Assembly: GCA_963837955.1 (NCBI GenBank)
Contig: CAWIPH010000002.1
Span: forward strand, 3,069,175-3,133,174
Direction: 5' to 3'
Length of the DNA: 64,000 bases
DNA from: an uncultured Verrucomicrobiae bacterium
Lineage (GTDB): Bacteria > Verrucomicrobiota > Verrucomicrobiia > Chthoniobacterales > JAFAMB01
This document shows, in pieces, positions 39,075 to 49,526 of this stretch (positions are counted from its first letter, which is position 1; the number at the start of each line of letters is the position of its first letter). The notes beneath the pieces are model-generated. The model searched no databases and was not told the origin of the DNA. It was given only the letters and a program-made list of their open reading frames with translations. The position numbers and the translations under genes are program-made.

Positions 39075-39914
39075 CTATTGGCTCACGATCCGCCAAGCTT
39101 TCGACCGGCCTTGGTTCATCCACGCGCTTAAACGCATAAGCCTAAGGCGGCTTCCATCGAAATCAAATCCCGGCGCCTGCTGTTCCGTAGCGGTCAGCGA
39201 AGGTCCGAAGATAAGAAAGTAGTCAGCGCCGTCAGGCTTCACGAAATTGTAGTCCGCGGCCAGCACAAAGCCCGCCCTTTCGACCTCCCCGATTACCACA
39301 TCGCGATTCACTCCGTGATCATCACCCTGGCCGTTGCGATCGATGATTCCCAGGCGGGCCCCAGGACGCATGGCAGCACGGACGTGCCGCAACAGCACGA
39401 TGGGCTGCGCTACTTCATGGTAGGTTTTCATGAGGAGCACTGCGTCGACGCTATTGGGAGGGAGCAGAGGGTCATCGCTCTTGCCCAAGATGGTGCGGAT
39501 ATTGGGCAGCTTCTCCTTTTGGGCGCGATCACGGATGTAATCGAGATAGGACCGGTTGATGTCGACGGCATAGACCCGACCGCTGCTTCCGACCCGGCGT
39601 GCTGCACGCACGCTGAACCAACCCGAACCGGCACCGATGTCGGCAACCGAGGACCCGGTGTGTATCCGCAGCAAGTCCATGACCCTGTTGACCTGCAGAT
39701 TCTTATCTCGTTTGGGGTCCTCAAAAACCGACAGGTCCCCTGTGTAAGGCTGGCTGGTGGGTCGGTGGATGATATCGGTGCTTCGCAGCTGGACAGCCTG
39801 TGACGGAATGGATTCGACTGGCGACTTTGTGAATCCAGCCGATGGGACGGCAAGAAGAACGAATAATAAAGCAACCCGGCGAATGCGAGAGAATGGTTGA
39901 GCCGAACTTAGCAT
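39075..39914 (-). CDS. class I SAM-dependent methyltransferase, probably exported
   Basis: VADIGAGSG, VYAVDI and YHE..PGARLGII; N-terminal signal-like segment. Confidence 0.88.
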   Translation of the reverse strand: MLSSAQPFSRIRRVALLFVLLAVPSAGFTKSPVESIPSQAVQLRSTDIIHRPTSQPYTGDLSVFEDPKRDKNLQVNRVMDLLRIHTGSSVADIGAGSGWFSVRAARRVGSSGRVYAVDINRSYLDYIRDRAQKEKLPNIRTILGKSDDPLLPPNSVDAVLLMKTYHEVAQPIVLLRHVRAAMRPGARLGIIDRNGQGDDHGVNRDVVIGEVERAGFVLAADYNFVKPDGADYFLIFGPSLTATEQQAPGFDFDGSRLRLMRLSAWMNQGRSKAWRIVSQ

Positions 39915-39918
39915 GGAA

Positions 39919-40557
39919 TTACGACAAGAGTCGCACTAGGCGGCCCCATAAACCGCGGTCGGAAGACTCCTGCTCGTGTCGCAGCAGGATAGCATCCAAG
40001 CCCAAACTGCGTCCCGGTCGTTGAACCAGGAGCATGATCTGGACAACAATAAGGAAGAAGTATGTCCAAGGCCACTCCGCGGGAGAACGATAAAGGCCCA
40101 GCCAAAGATTGATGGCCATCAGTGCTCCTAAGAAAGCTCCCAACCGGCTGAATAGTCCAAGGATCAGAGTGACGGCTATCAACACCTCTGAGAAGTAGAC
40201 TTGTGGTGCGAAGAAGTAGAAATGCGGCAGCACTACGTCCTTCACAAAGTGCCGCTGCAGCCCAGTACTGGCCCATTTCGCCATTTCGTCCATCCAGTAG
40301 CGCAGACCGCCGGAGCCGTCAGGGTTATCAGTGTAAGTCGGGGGGAGCTTCCACAAGGACTGCTGCCACCACAACGCCCCGATAAAGAATCGGGCCAGCC
40401 AATTCCACAGGTGTAGAACCGAGCGCTGGCTTGAGTCGCGGAGAAGATTGACTCCTGCAATCACTATGCAAGCAATCACCAGCACCCAAAAAACATAGCT
40501 CGTCCACTCACCCTGAGTAAGGAACTCCAGCGCGTCGGAAAATGGATTTGTTCTCAT
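39919..40557 (-). CDS. DoxX/DoxD-like membrane protein
   Basis: RFFIGALWW..WK, E..I..LILGLFSR, EWPWTY and LGLD. Confidence 0.75.
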   Translation of the reverse strand: MRTNPFSDALEFLTQGEWTSYVFWVLVIACIVIAGVNLLRDSSQRSVLHLWNWLARFFIGALWWQQSLWKLPPTYTDNPDGSGGLRYWMDEMAKWASTGLQRHFVKDVVLPHFYFFAPQVYFSEVLIAVTLILGLFSRLGAFLGALMAINLWLGLYRSPAEWPWTYFFLIVVQIMLLVQRPGRSLGLDAILLRHEQESSDRGLWGRLVRLLS

Positions 40558-40796
40558 ATCCTTGCACCCCTAGCAAACGTCATCTCTCGTGGTTACGCGA
40601 AACAATAATGCGATGCTCGGCGCACCCGATCTCTTGGAGAGTTCTCGGACGATCAGCCGGCTCGCGTTGAGGTCTGTCCGCCCTTGTCGCTTGGGGCCAG
40701 GAATCATTGGAACCGGTAAGGACGGCTGGTTGCCTTCATGTAGTTAAGATGCGGCTGCCGATTTGGTTATTCCCGTGATCGGTGAAAAACCCATGG

Positions 40797-41048
40797 CCGG
40801 TAGGGCGAAACAGTCCGGCTAACGGCGCAGTTTTCAAACGTAATTCAATTGCCGGACTGTGAGCTTGGCCCAGCGCGTTGTTTTTCCCCGGACGACGTTC
40901 GTAGCACCACACAAGATTCTTGCCGGGAAAAGCAGCGCAAAGATACGTGAACCGCCAAAGAAAAACAACCCGCTGGTCCAGGCTCACAGTCCGGCATTCT
41001 GCCAAAATGGAAAAGCGCGCGCTTAGCCGGACTGTTTCGCCCTACCGG
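40797..41048. repeat. long palindromic (REPIN/MITE-like) element
   Basis: CCGGTAGGGCGAAACAGTCCGGCTAA inverted against TTAGCCGGACTGTTTCGCCCTACCGG, plus an inner inverted pair. Confidence 0.82.
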
Positions 41049-41189
41049 TCTTCGATTGCGCCTCCCTTTAATCATGAACCACGTTTTAGCGATCACCGAT
41101 TACTTCTCAGGAAACGCCGGCCCATCCGACGAAGCTTGCCGGAGTTTCAAACGACGGAACGAAGTCGGAGCGCGCCGCTGCATTGCTCC

Positions 41190-41903
41190 CTAATCTTCCG
41201 CCCGGGCGGATAAGCGATGCGGACTAAAGGCGACGCGAAAGAAAGTCGCGGCGATACGGAATGTCGCGAGAATCGTTCCTTTGAAAGTGCCGGAAACTTT
41301 GGAGACGCCACCGCGGCGTCTGCGATGATTCACAGGAATTTCCAAGATGCGGGCCCGCTTCTGTGCCAGCAACATCTGCATCTCCAGATTCCAGCCGTAA
41401 GTCTCCTCTCGCATGGGCAACGACTGCAACAGCTCCGATCGGATCGCGCGAAAAGGAGACATATCGGTAAAATTCACGCCATAACGCAGGCGCAGTAACC
41501 AGCCGGCCAAGCGAGCCGCGAAAATTTGCTGCGTATTGAGACTTCCTGGTTCTCGTATCCCGCGGGTACGCGAGCCGATCACAAAGTCAAAGCGGTTCTC
41601 CTGGATTGGCCGGACCAATTCGTTCATAAATTCCGGACAGTCGCTGCCGTCGCCGTCGATGAACACGACGATATCGGCGCCTGCATTAACTGCTGCGTTC
41701 ATGCCGGCTCGACAGGCTCTGCCGTAGCCACGAGTCGGCTGCCTGACTACCGTTGCGCCTGCGTCATTCGCGGCTTGAGCAGTGGCATCGGTACTTCCAT
41801 TGTCAACGACTATGATCTGATTCACGACGGTACGCGGAACCGAGCGAACGACTTCGCCAATAACTTCCGCTTCGTTCAACGCGGGAATGACTAGGCAGAC
41901 CAT
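41190..41903 (-). CDS. glycosyltransferase family 2 (DPM-synthase-like)
   Basis: VIPALNE, VVDNGSTD, FIDGDGS, FVIGSR and GVSKVSG. Confidence 0.9.
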   Translation of the reverse strand: MVCLVIPALNEAEVIGEVVRSVPRTVVNQIIVVDNGSTDATAQAANDAGATVVRQPTRGYGRACRAGMNAAVNAGADIVVFIDGDGSDCPEFMNELVRPIQENRFDFVIGSRTRGIREPGSLNTQQIFAARLAGWLLRLRYGVNFTDMSPFRAIRSELLQSLPMREETYGWNLEMQMLLAQKRARILEIPVNHRRRRGGVSKVSGTFKGTILATFRIAATFFRVAFSPHRLSARAED

Positions 41904-41919
41904 GATTGATGCAACGTGC

Positions 41920-43068
41920 TCAGCTGTCGACCTTCTGGAGAATGCCCTTTTTCCGGAGAATGAGTTCGGCAGCGGCGAAATAATCTTTGACGCTGCCCTG
42001 TTGGCCAATCCACTCGAGATAGCGTTCGATCCCTTCTTCCAGGCTCACTGCTGGCACGTAACCAGCGTTCCGAATCAGGGTAGTATCGGATATCAGATGC
42101 CGCATTTCACCAGGCCGAAACTCGCGATTCATGATCGGCGCGAGCCGTATTTGCAGTGCATCGGAAACCATTTCGGCAATCTGTTTAATTGTGACCGCTC
42201 GACCGCTTCCGACGTTCACAGCCTTTCCGTCTAACAGGTCCGAAGTTGCGGCGAGAAAATTGGCCCGAGCGATGTCCTCTACAAAGCTGAAATCACGAGT
42301 TTGCTCTCCATCTTCGTAAATCACGGGTGGTAGATGGTTGAGTAGCCGCGTGCAGAAAATAGCGATGACGCCAGTGTACGGATTAAATATCGATTGGCGC
42401 GGACCGAAAGTGCAAGAGTAGCGTAATGCTACGGTTGGGATGCCAACCTGCCTTCCCCAAGTGAGCACGAGTTTTTCCTGATCCACCTTTGTGATTGCGT
42501 AGACCGTTTCTCCTCCGATGGGCGCAAACTCCGGTGTCGGCACGGATTTCGTCGGACTCTGACATGCCGGGCAACGGACTGAAAAGTCGCCGCGCCGAAG
42601 CTGTTCGACCGGTCTCAACCCAGGAAAGACCAGTCCATGTTGGGGGCATTCTCCCGCCCCTTCCGGATAAACCACCTGGGAAGAAGCTACCACGATCTTT
42701 CGGACGCCGAGATTTTTCTCTCGAATAATTTCGAGAAGCTGGGCCGTTCCGAAACTATTTACCGCCACATACTTTGAGATTTCGGGCATATAACCACCGT
42801 ATGCTGCTTCGTGAAATACCACGTCGATTCCATCCAGCACCGACTCGACGACTTCTCTATCGCGTATATCGCCCTCCACGAATTCTGCTCCGTTCTGGAT
42901 AGCTGCTTGCAGCCAGGGCGGCTTGCCATCCCGGTGAGTTTGCGGTTCGAGGTTGTCGAGAACACGGACAGACCAACCTTGCGCCTGCAACAGATCGACG
43001 ATGTGCGAACCGATGAGTCCGGCACCCCCGGTGACGAGCGCCCGTTTTTTTTGAGAGGAGAATGACAT
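41920..43068 (-). CDS. NAD-dependent epimerase/dehydratase
   Basis: TGGAGLIG, YAITK and DGEQTRDF. Confidence 0.9.
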   Translation of the reverse strand: MSFSSQKKRALVTGGAGLIGSHIVDLLQAQGWSVRVLDNLEPQTHRDGKPPWLQAAIQNGAEFVEGDIRDREVVESVLDGIDVVFHEAAYGGYMPEISKYVAVNSFGTAQLLEIIREKNLGVRKIVVASSQVVYPEGAGECPQHGLVFPGLRPVEQLRRGDFSVRCPACQSPTKSVPTPEFAPIGGETVYAITKVDQEKLVLTWGRQVGIPTVALRYSCTFGPRQSIFNPYTGVIAIFCTRLLNHLPPVIYEDGEQTRDFSFVEDIARANFLAATSDLLDGKAVNVGSGRAVTIKQIAEMVSDALQIRLAPIMNREFRPGEMRHLISDTTLIRNAGYVPAVSLEEGIERYLEWIGQQGSVKDYFAAAELILRKKGILQKVDS

Positions 43069-43078
43069 GAATTGTTCG

Positions 43079-44476
43079 TTAACTCTTCGTCGCTGTTCTT
43101 GAACTGCGTTTGCGCATTATCCACATCAGAATGAGGAGGGCAAAAAACGGAAGAAAAACCCGAGACTCGAATCGAAAGAGGTCGTCCGCCGATTGGTCAA
43201 CAAGAGAGCGGTAAAGAGGCCAAGTGATCAAGGTCAGGGCAAGCGCGGCGGAATTGGGAACGAAACAGAGGAAAAGAGCTAACCAGCTATAGTACCAAGG
43301 ATAATACGAAGAGAGCAGGATCGAAAACGTGAGCGCGAGGACGAACGCAGAAAAGATCCATCGCCCTCGAGTTTCGCCGTTTTCTCTGCCCAAAGGTGGC
43401 TCTCGATACCAAGCCCAAATGGCGATCGCTCCAAGAACGGCCAACGCCATCGACGTGAAGATGGCCGGCGGCAAATCGTGCACGACTCCGCACCAACCTA
43501 ATATGTAATCGATGAGGACAAGTGGATAGTAGCGCCCACCGTCCTGTAGCCCTTCTTCTTTGGCGTATTGCGGCAGGAACCCAAGAACTCCGGCGCCCGC
43601 ACCGAGCACATAAGGAAGATAACAAACGACCAGAGTGATCGTGAAAGCGATTGGCAATTTCTTATCCCATCTTTTGTAGATAGCTGGTAGCAGAATGACC
43701 GGAATAAATTTGACTAACGTTGCGGCTCCTAGCGCAAATCCGGCGATCCCAAATTTCTGATGCGCGCGCGCGAATAGAGCAAGGGCGATTAGGCAGATCA
43801 TGAGCGCATCGATATGCCCCGAACCACCAAATTCGAAGATTGGTAGAGGATGCCATGCATAGACGATCACTCGCTCCGCTGGCTGACCGATCGCTCTCAG
43901 AGTGGCCGCCACCAATCCCACCGTCACAAGATCTACCAGAACGAGCACGCCTTTAAATCCGGGAACGCTCTGGGTCACGCGCGTCACTGCGAAAAAGAAG
44001 ATTTGCGCTACAGGTGGGTAGATCGTGTGTGCATATTCTTTGCGGTTAATGTTTGGATAAATGGAATCGTCGCGCAGTCCCGCGAGCCGGGGATCGACCG
44101 GCAAATAGAGGTACGGATTGATCCCGGCTCCCTGGAGCCGCCCATCCCAGATGTAGCGATAAACATCGGTTGAGAGCCGGGGAGGATCGAGTGGCACCAG
44201 GATCAATCGAAACAGCGCACCCCCAATCAGAATGATCAAGAGAGTGTTTGCTGGAAATTTCTTGCGCTGGAACGTCCACCAAACCGCAAAAACAAAAGGA
44301 ATCCCGGAAATCGACAGCAATAAGAGCACCAAATAGAACCGGTCGTGGCGATGTGCCCCAAACGTATAAAGCTCGATAATCAATAGCAGGGCCCCGACGC
44401 CGATAAGTGTCACTAGCCATTGCTTCTCGGTCGACTGCCGGATTGGTTGATTGCGAGAGATCAACTCTTCACTCAT
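43079..44476 (-). CDS. GT-C membrane glycosyltransferase (GT87/DUF2029-like)
   Basis: STDVYRYIWDG, INPY, TIYPP, YAWHPL, GHID and PWYY. Confidence 0.82.
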   Translation of the reverse strand: MSEELISRNQPIRQSTEKQWLVTLIGVGALLLIIELYTFGAHRHDRFYLVLLLLSISGIPFVFAVWWTFQRKKFPANTLLIILIGGALFRLILVPLDPPRLSTDVYRYIWDGRLQGAGINPYLYLPVDPRLAGLRDDSIYPNINRKEYAHTIYPPVAQIFFFAVTRVTQSVPGFKGVLVLVDLVTVGLVAATLRAIGQPAERVIVYAWHPLPIFEFGGSGHIDALMICLIALALFARAHQKFGIAGFALGAATLVKFIPVILLPAIYKRWDKKLPIAFTITLVVCYLPYVLGAGAGVLGFLPQYAKEEGLQDGGRYYPLVLIDYILGWCGVVHDLPPAIFTSMALAVLGAIAIWAWYREPPLGRENGETRGRWIFSAFVLALTFSILLSSYYPWYYSWLALFLCFVPNSAALALTLITWPLYRSLVDQSADDLFRFESRVFLPFFALLILMWIMRKRSSRTATKS

Positions 44477-45276
44477 ACCGTTCGCATCGAGGCGGACGTT
44501 TGAGGCCAGATTCGGGCGGTACCTTCTTTTACCAAAATTTGGCGCAGGAATTCTTTGGTGTATGGAGCGGGTGAGCCTTGTGGTACCGCCTCATTTGCGC
44601 GTTCTGGGAATAGCTCAGATAACAGGCGATTCAGCGAGGGCTGGTCATCCACGTCGTACCAAGCAGGCAGTGTGATGGCCGGCCGGCTGATCTCCTTCGA
44701 TCTTTCGACGGTCTCGCCATAAACCCGGTCCGTGTTCCAGGTAATGTCTTCAAAAAGCCTTGCGTGCGCGTGCCGCAGCCCTAAGGCGTAATAGCCTCCA
44801 TCCAAGCTGGGTCCGATGACTATTCGATCCTTGGGCTCTTTGAGAAAAGTTGCCAAGTCTTGCAAGTAATGAAACGGAAGGGTGGGACTATCGGAGTTCA
44901 CCAAGCAGACCGCGGAAAATCCGACGGAAAATAGATCTTCGGTTGCGCCTAATAGCCGAGTGCCAAAATCGGCTTCACGCTGAGCGATCATTTTGAATCC
45001 TGGTGGCAAAAGCTCCCCAAGATCACCCTCGGACCCAACCGGCGTGTAAATCGCGACACCCACCACGAAAGGATCTGCGTGGCTCAAGGCCTCGATCCCC
45101 GCGCTTGTATCTTTTAGAAAACGACGACTGATACTTGCCGCTTCCTCTAGTGAAAACGGTGGAGAAAGGCGGGTTTTCGAAAAGCCGTTTCGGGGCGTCT
45201 TGATCATAACGCCCATCGCGCATTTGTCCGTTACAGCGGGATTTCGGCGGGCAGAAGTCAATACCTCAGGTTTCAT
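44473..45276 (-). CDS. TIGR04282/DUF2064 family glycosyltransferase-like protein
   Basis: KTP..GFSKTRL, DFGTRL, NSDSPTLP, GPSLDGGYY and WYDVDD. Confidence 0.85.
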   Translation of the reverse strand: MKPEVLTSARRNPAVTDKCAMGVMIKTPRNGFSKTRLSPPFSLEEAASISRRFLKDTSAGIEALSHADPFVVGVAIYTPVGSEGDLGELLPPGFKMIAQREADFGTRLLGATEDLFSVGFSAVCLVNSDSPTLPFHYLQDLATFLKEPKDRIVIGPSLDGGYYALGLRHAHARLFEDITWNTDRVYGETVERSKEISRPAITLPAWYDVDDQPSLNRLLSELFPERANEAVPQGSPAPYTKEFLRQILVKEGTARIWPQTSASMRTV

Positions 45277-45854
45277 CGTGTGGGTAGATGTAAAACGTGT
45301 CTCGGTGTACTTGCGACGCCGCTGCCCAGTATTTTCTTTGAGAGCGACTTTGAGGGTTCGCTATTCCGGAATCCTCATTCTTTCGGAAAAAACGTCGACA
45401 TGATGGCGGGTCCCTTCGTCGATTGCAAGAGGTCCATCTCGAGCATCTTCAATTCATCCGGCACTGCCTCTCGCTGGATATGAGGTTGGAGGAAATTTGG
45501 AACATGCTCAGATTCCGCGATGCGCCAAACAAAAATTGCAGCAATGTGAAGCTTTGCTTGATGAGCAGATGAAGCACCTGGCTAATCGAATCAAAGAGTG
45601 GAGATCGTCACAGAAGAACTTGAGAGGATTGCGGAATCTATTTCAGCAAACGCGAACAACAAAAGATAGTAGGGTTATGCAATCGGTCGGAATCCTCGCA
45701 AAGAGTTCCTTCGGATCGTTCCATTTTGGGCGCCGCAATTGTCGGTTATACAGCAACGAGCGGCTGCTGCCGACGAGCCATTAGTCGTTCAGAATCCGAT
45801 CCTCTCCATTCTTCAGGCGAAGCATCAACTCTGCATCCGGATCGGCTTCCATCC

Positions 45855-48800
45855 CTACTGTTTCACGCTCACCGGAATCTCAACCTGCCCTTCGCCGGCC
45901 GGACCTTTCCACGAAAGTTTCACCACCCAGTCACCTCCCATCTGAGGTTGAAGCTTCACTCGATAAACTCCCGGCGTACTGGTTTTGGTCACGTCACTTC
46001 CCGAATTCATGACCATGCCCGGCATATTCATCATGAGATCGGTCTTCACCTCACCGACATCTTTGGGTTGACCCTTAGCATCAGTGAACCGAACTAACAC
46101 TTCGCTTTGTCCATTGTGCAGGTCGCCATAGATGCTGATCGTTAGGTCGCCGACTGTACGGGTGGCGATCGGTTCGCCCTGGACTTGAGCGGTAGTCGGG
46201 GAACGAGAGCTCCACCAGTTCCAAGCAGCGAATCCGCCAGCCATCAGAGCGGCCGCGACTAACGCGACGATCAGAAAGCGAAGCAGCCCTTTGAATGTCG
46301 TTGCTCGTCTTTGGCCGGTACTAATCAGCGGCCCACTCTCGACCTGGCCACCCGATGGTAGCTCACGTTTCCGCCAAATAACATAGATGACCGGGTAGAG
46401 CACGAGGTTCAGGATTGCTGAAGTGATCACGCCGCCGATCATCGGTGTGGCGATGCGTTTCATCACATCCGCTCCCGCCTGTAGCGCTGGAGACCACATA
46501 ATCGGCAGAAGGCCGAAGAGGATGGCGCAGACCGTCATCATCTTGGGTCGAATACGCTGGACCGCGCCCTCTTTCACGGCTTCGTAAAGATCGCCGATAT
46601 GGTTCATTCGCCCCGCGAGACGGTATTTGTCCCATGCCTGATCAAGATAAAGCAACATCACCACACCGGTTTCAGCGTCTAGACCAGCCAAAGCAATGAG
46701 CCCGACCCAAACCGCGACGCTCATGTTGTAACCAAGTAGGTAAAGCAACCAGAATGCTCCGACCAAAGAGAAAGGGACGGACAGTAGAACAATGAATGTT
46801 CGGGTGACCGAACTCGTGTTCATGTAAATGAGCACAAATATAATGAGCAAAGTGAACGGGATGAGGATCGACAAACGTTTCTCCGCTTCTTGCAGGTACT
46901 GAAACTGGCCTGCCCATTGGAGGTAATAGCCGGGTGGAAACTTTACTTCCTGATCGATCTTTTGGCTCGCCGCGTTGACATATCCATTGATGTCGCTGCT
47001 GGTGATATCGACGAAGACAAATCCAACTAATTGGCCGTTCTCGGTACGCACTTCGGGCGCGCCGGTGCGAAAATGGATATCGGCGAGGAGCGAGATCGGC
47101 ACCTGATCTCCCGTCGGCGTGGCGACCAGCACCCGCTTCAATTGATTGATGTCGTCGCGGAAATCACGAGCGTATCGAACACTGATCGGGTAACGTTCCC
47201 GTCCCTCGACGGTCATGCCAATGGTGTTTCCGCCGATGGCTGTTTCAACGATCTGGTTGACATCGTCGATACGTAGTCCGTATCGGGCCGCGGCTTGACG
47301 GTTTGGCGTAAAATCGAGGAAGTAACCGCCGGTGGTACGCTCGGCGAATGCGCTGCGAGTGTTCGGAAAATTCGAGAGAGCTTTCTCAATGGCTATCGCG
47401 ACGTTCTGAATCCCCTTCAAATCCGGACCAAAAACCTTGATCCCCAGAACCGAACGGAATCCAGTGGTCAACATTTCCGTTCGCGTTTGGATTGGCATCC
47501 AGAAGATCTGAGCCATCCCCGGTGTCTTACTGACCTCATTCATCTGGGCGATCAGTTTCTCCCAGGTCATTCCAGGTCGCCATTGGTCCGGCGGCTTTAG
47601 TTGCAAGACCGTCTCGAACATGGACAAGGGTGCCGGGTCGGTCGGAGTGTCTGCTTCGCCGGCTTTGCCGAAAACGCTTTCTACCTCAGGAAATTTCCGA
47701 AGAATGCGATCCTGGATCTGCAAGATTTTGGTGGCCTCCGTAACTGACATTCCAGGGATCGCAGTTGGCATGTAGAGGAGCGTTCCTTCGTTCAATGGAG
47801 GCATGAACTCCTTCCCCAGCCGACTGAAAGGAATATAAGTCAGGGCGAGCACCACGAGCGCCAGCAAGAGCGTCAACCAGCGGAATCGGAGAGCAAAGTT
47901 GACGAATGGCTGGTACGCCCAGATTAAGAAGCGATTAATCGGGTTTTTAGTTTCGGGTGTGATCTTTCCCCGGATGAGCCAGGCCATTAGCACCGGCACC
48001 AGGACTATTCCTAGAGATGGAGGCAAAGAACATCGAAAATGTTTTCGTGAACGCCAACGGGCGAAACAATCGTCCTTCCTGCGCCCCTAGCGAGAAAACC
48101 GGTACGAAACTAACGGTGATTACCAGAAGAGAATAGAACAGCGGCCGCCCGACGCTCTTGGCCGCCGACAGAATGACTTCGAAGCGTTCCCGGCCACGGG
48201 CATCGTGTCCCTTCTCGTCACGAAAATGTTCCAGTGCCTTGTGCGCGTTCTCGACCATAATGATCGCCGCATCAATCATTGCACCAATCGCAATGGCGAT
48301 TCCGCCGAGCGACATGATGTTGGAAGTTTGCCCCAACCAGAGCATCGGTACGAACGACAGAATGATTGCTATCGGGAGCGTGATAATGGCCACCAAAGCG
48401 GAACGGATGTGCCAAAGGAAGAGAATCGATACCAGGGCTACGACAATGCTTTCTTCGAGCAGCTTTTCTCGCAGCGTGTCGATGGCGTTGTGAATCAGGG
48501 TGCTGCGATCGTAAACCGGAACGATCTGAACACCTTCCGGGAGCGCCTTCTTGATCTCCTCGAACTTCTTTTTTACCCCATCAATGACCTTGAGAGCATT
48601 CTCGCCGTAGCGCATCACCACGATGCCGCCAACGGTTTCCCCCTCCCCATTCAGTTCCGCAACTCCTCGCCGAAGGTCCGGTCCAAGATGCACGTTGCCC
48701 ACCTGCTTCAGATAGACCGGAGTGCCATTCTGAACCTTCAGGACGATGTTGTCGAAATCGTCCAAACTTTTGATGTAACCGCGACCTCGGACAAAGAATT

Positions 48801-49521
48801 CGGTCGTCGAGACTTCGAACGTTTTGCCGCCGACATCCTGATTGCTCATCCGAATCGCATTGACGACGTCGCCGATTGGGATGTTGTAAGCGAGAAGCTT
48901 ATTCGGATCGAGGTCGACCTGGTATTGTTTGACAAAGCCGCCGACCGGCGCAACCTCGGCAACACCTTCCACCGATTCCAGCGCGTACCGGATATTCCAA
49001 TCTTGGAGCGAACGTAACTGCGCCAGATCATGTTTGCCGCTCTTGTCGATGAGCGCGTACTCGTAGACCCAACCAACTCCGGTGGCATCCGGTCCGATAA
49101 CCGGATTGACGCCCTCCGGTAAAGATCCGCGAACCGAGTTTAGATATTCAATCACTCGGGACCTGGCCCAGTAAATATCCGTGCCATCCTGAAAGATGAC
49201 GTAAACAAAGGACTTACCGAACATCGATTCGCCCCGGACAAACTTGACCTTCGGCGCCGCGATAAATTTGGTCGAGATGGGATAGGTAATCTGATCTTCA
49301 ACCAGGTCAGGCGAACGACCTTCCCAATCGGCGTAGACAATGACCTGAACGTCACTCAGGTCGGGGATCGCATCGAGCGGTGTCTGGTATAAAGCATAAA
49401 TCCCACCGGCAATCCCGAGTATCACGAACACAACGACCAAGAATGGATTGCGTGCGCTCGCATCGATAATCCGCTCGATGATGGTTTCCGGGCGCTTTCC
49501 CGGCGCTAAAGGTTCGGCCAT
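45855..49521 (-). pseudogene. cusA: CusA/CzcA heavy-metal RND permease with C-terminal YtkA/FixH-like extension, split by a 1-bp frameshift near 48015
   Basis: LDAIPDLSDVQVIV..RPLAFTKTFSM (47947-49521) continues in another frame as LGIVLVPVLM..RIRPKMMT (45855-48026). Confidence 0.85.
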
Positions 49522-49526
49522 GGCAT

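Noticed and set aside
45280-45330. Third copy of the ECF promoter motif upstream of the TIGR04282 gene
   Set aside because: Only GTTTTAC is present; the GAGGGTTTT half is missing at the required spacing.
45497-45784. 95-aa ORF between the glycosyltransferase operon and cusA
   Set aside because: TTG start, no recognisable motif, insufficient support.
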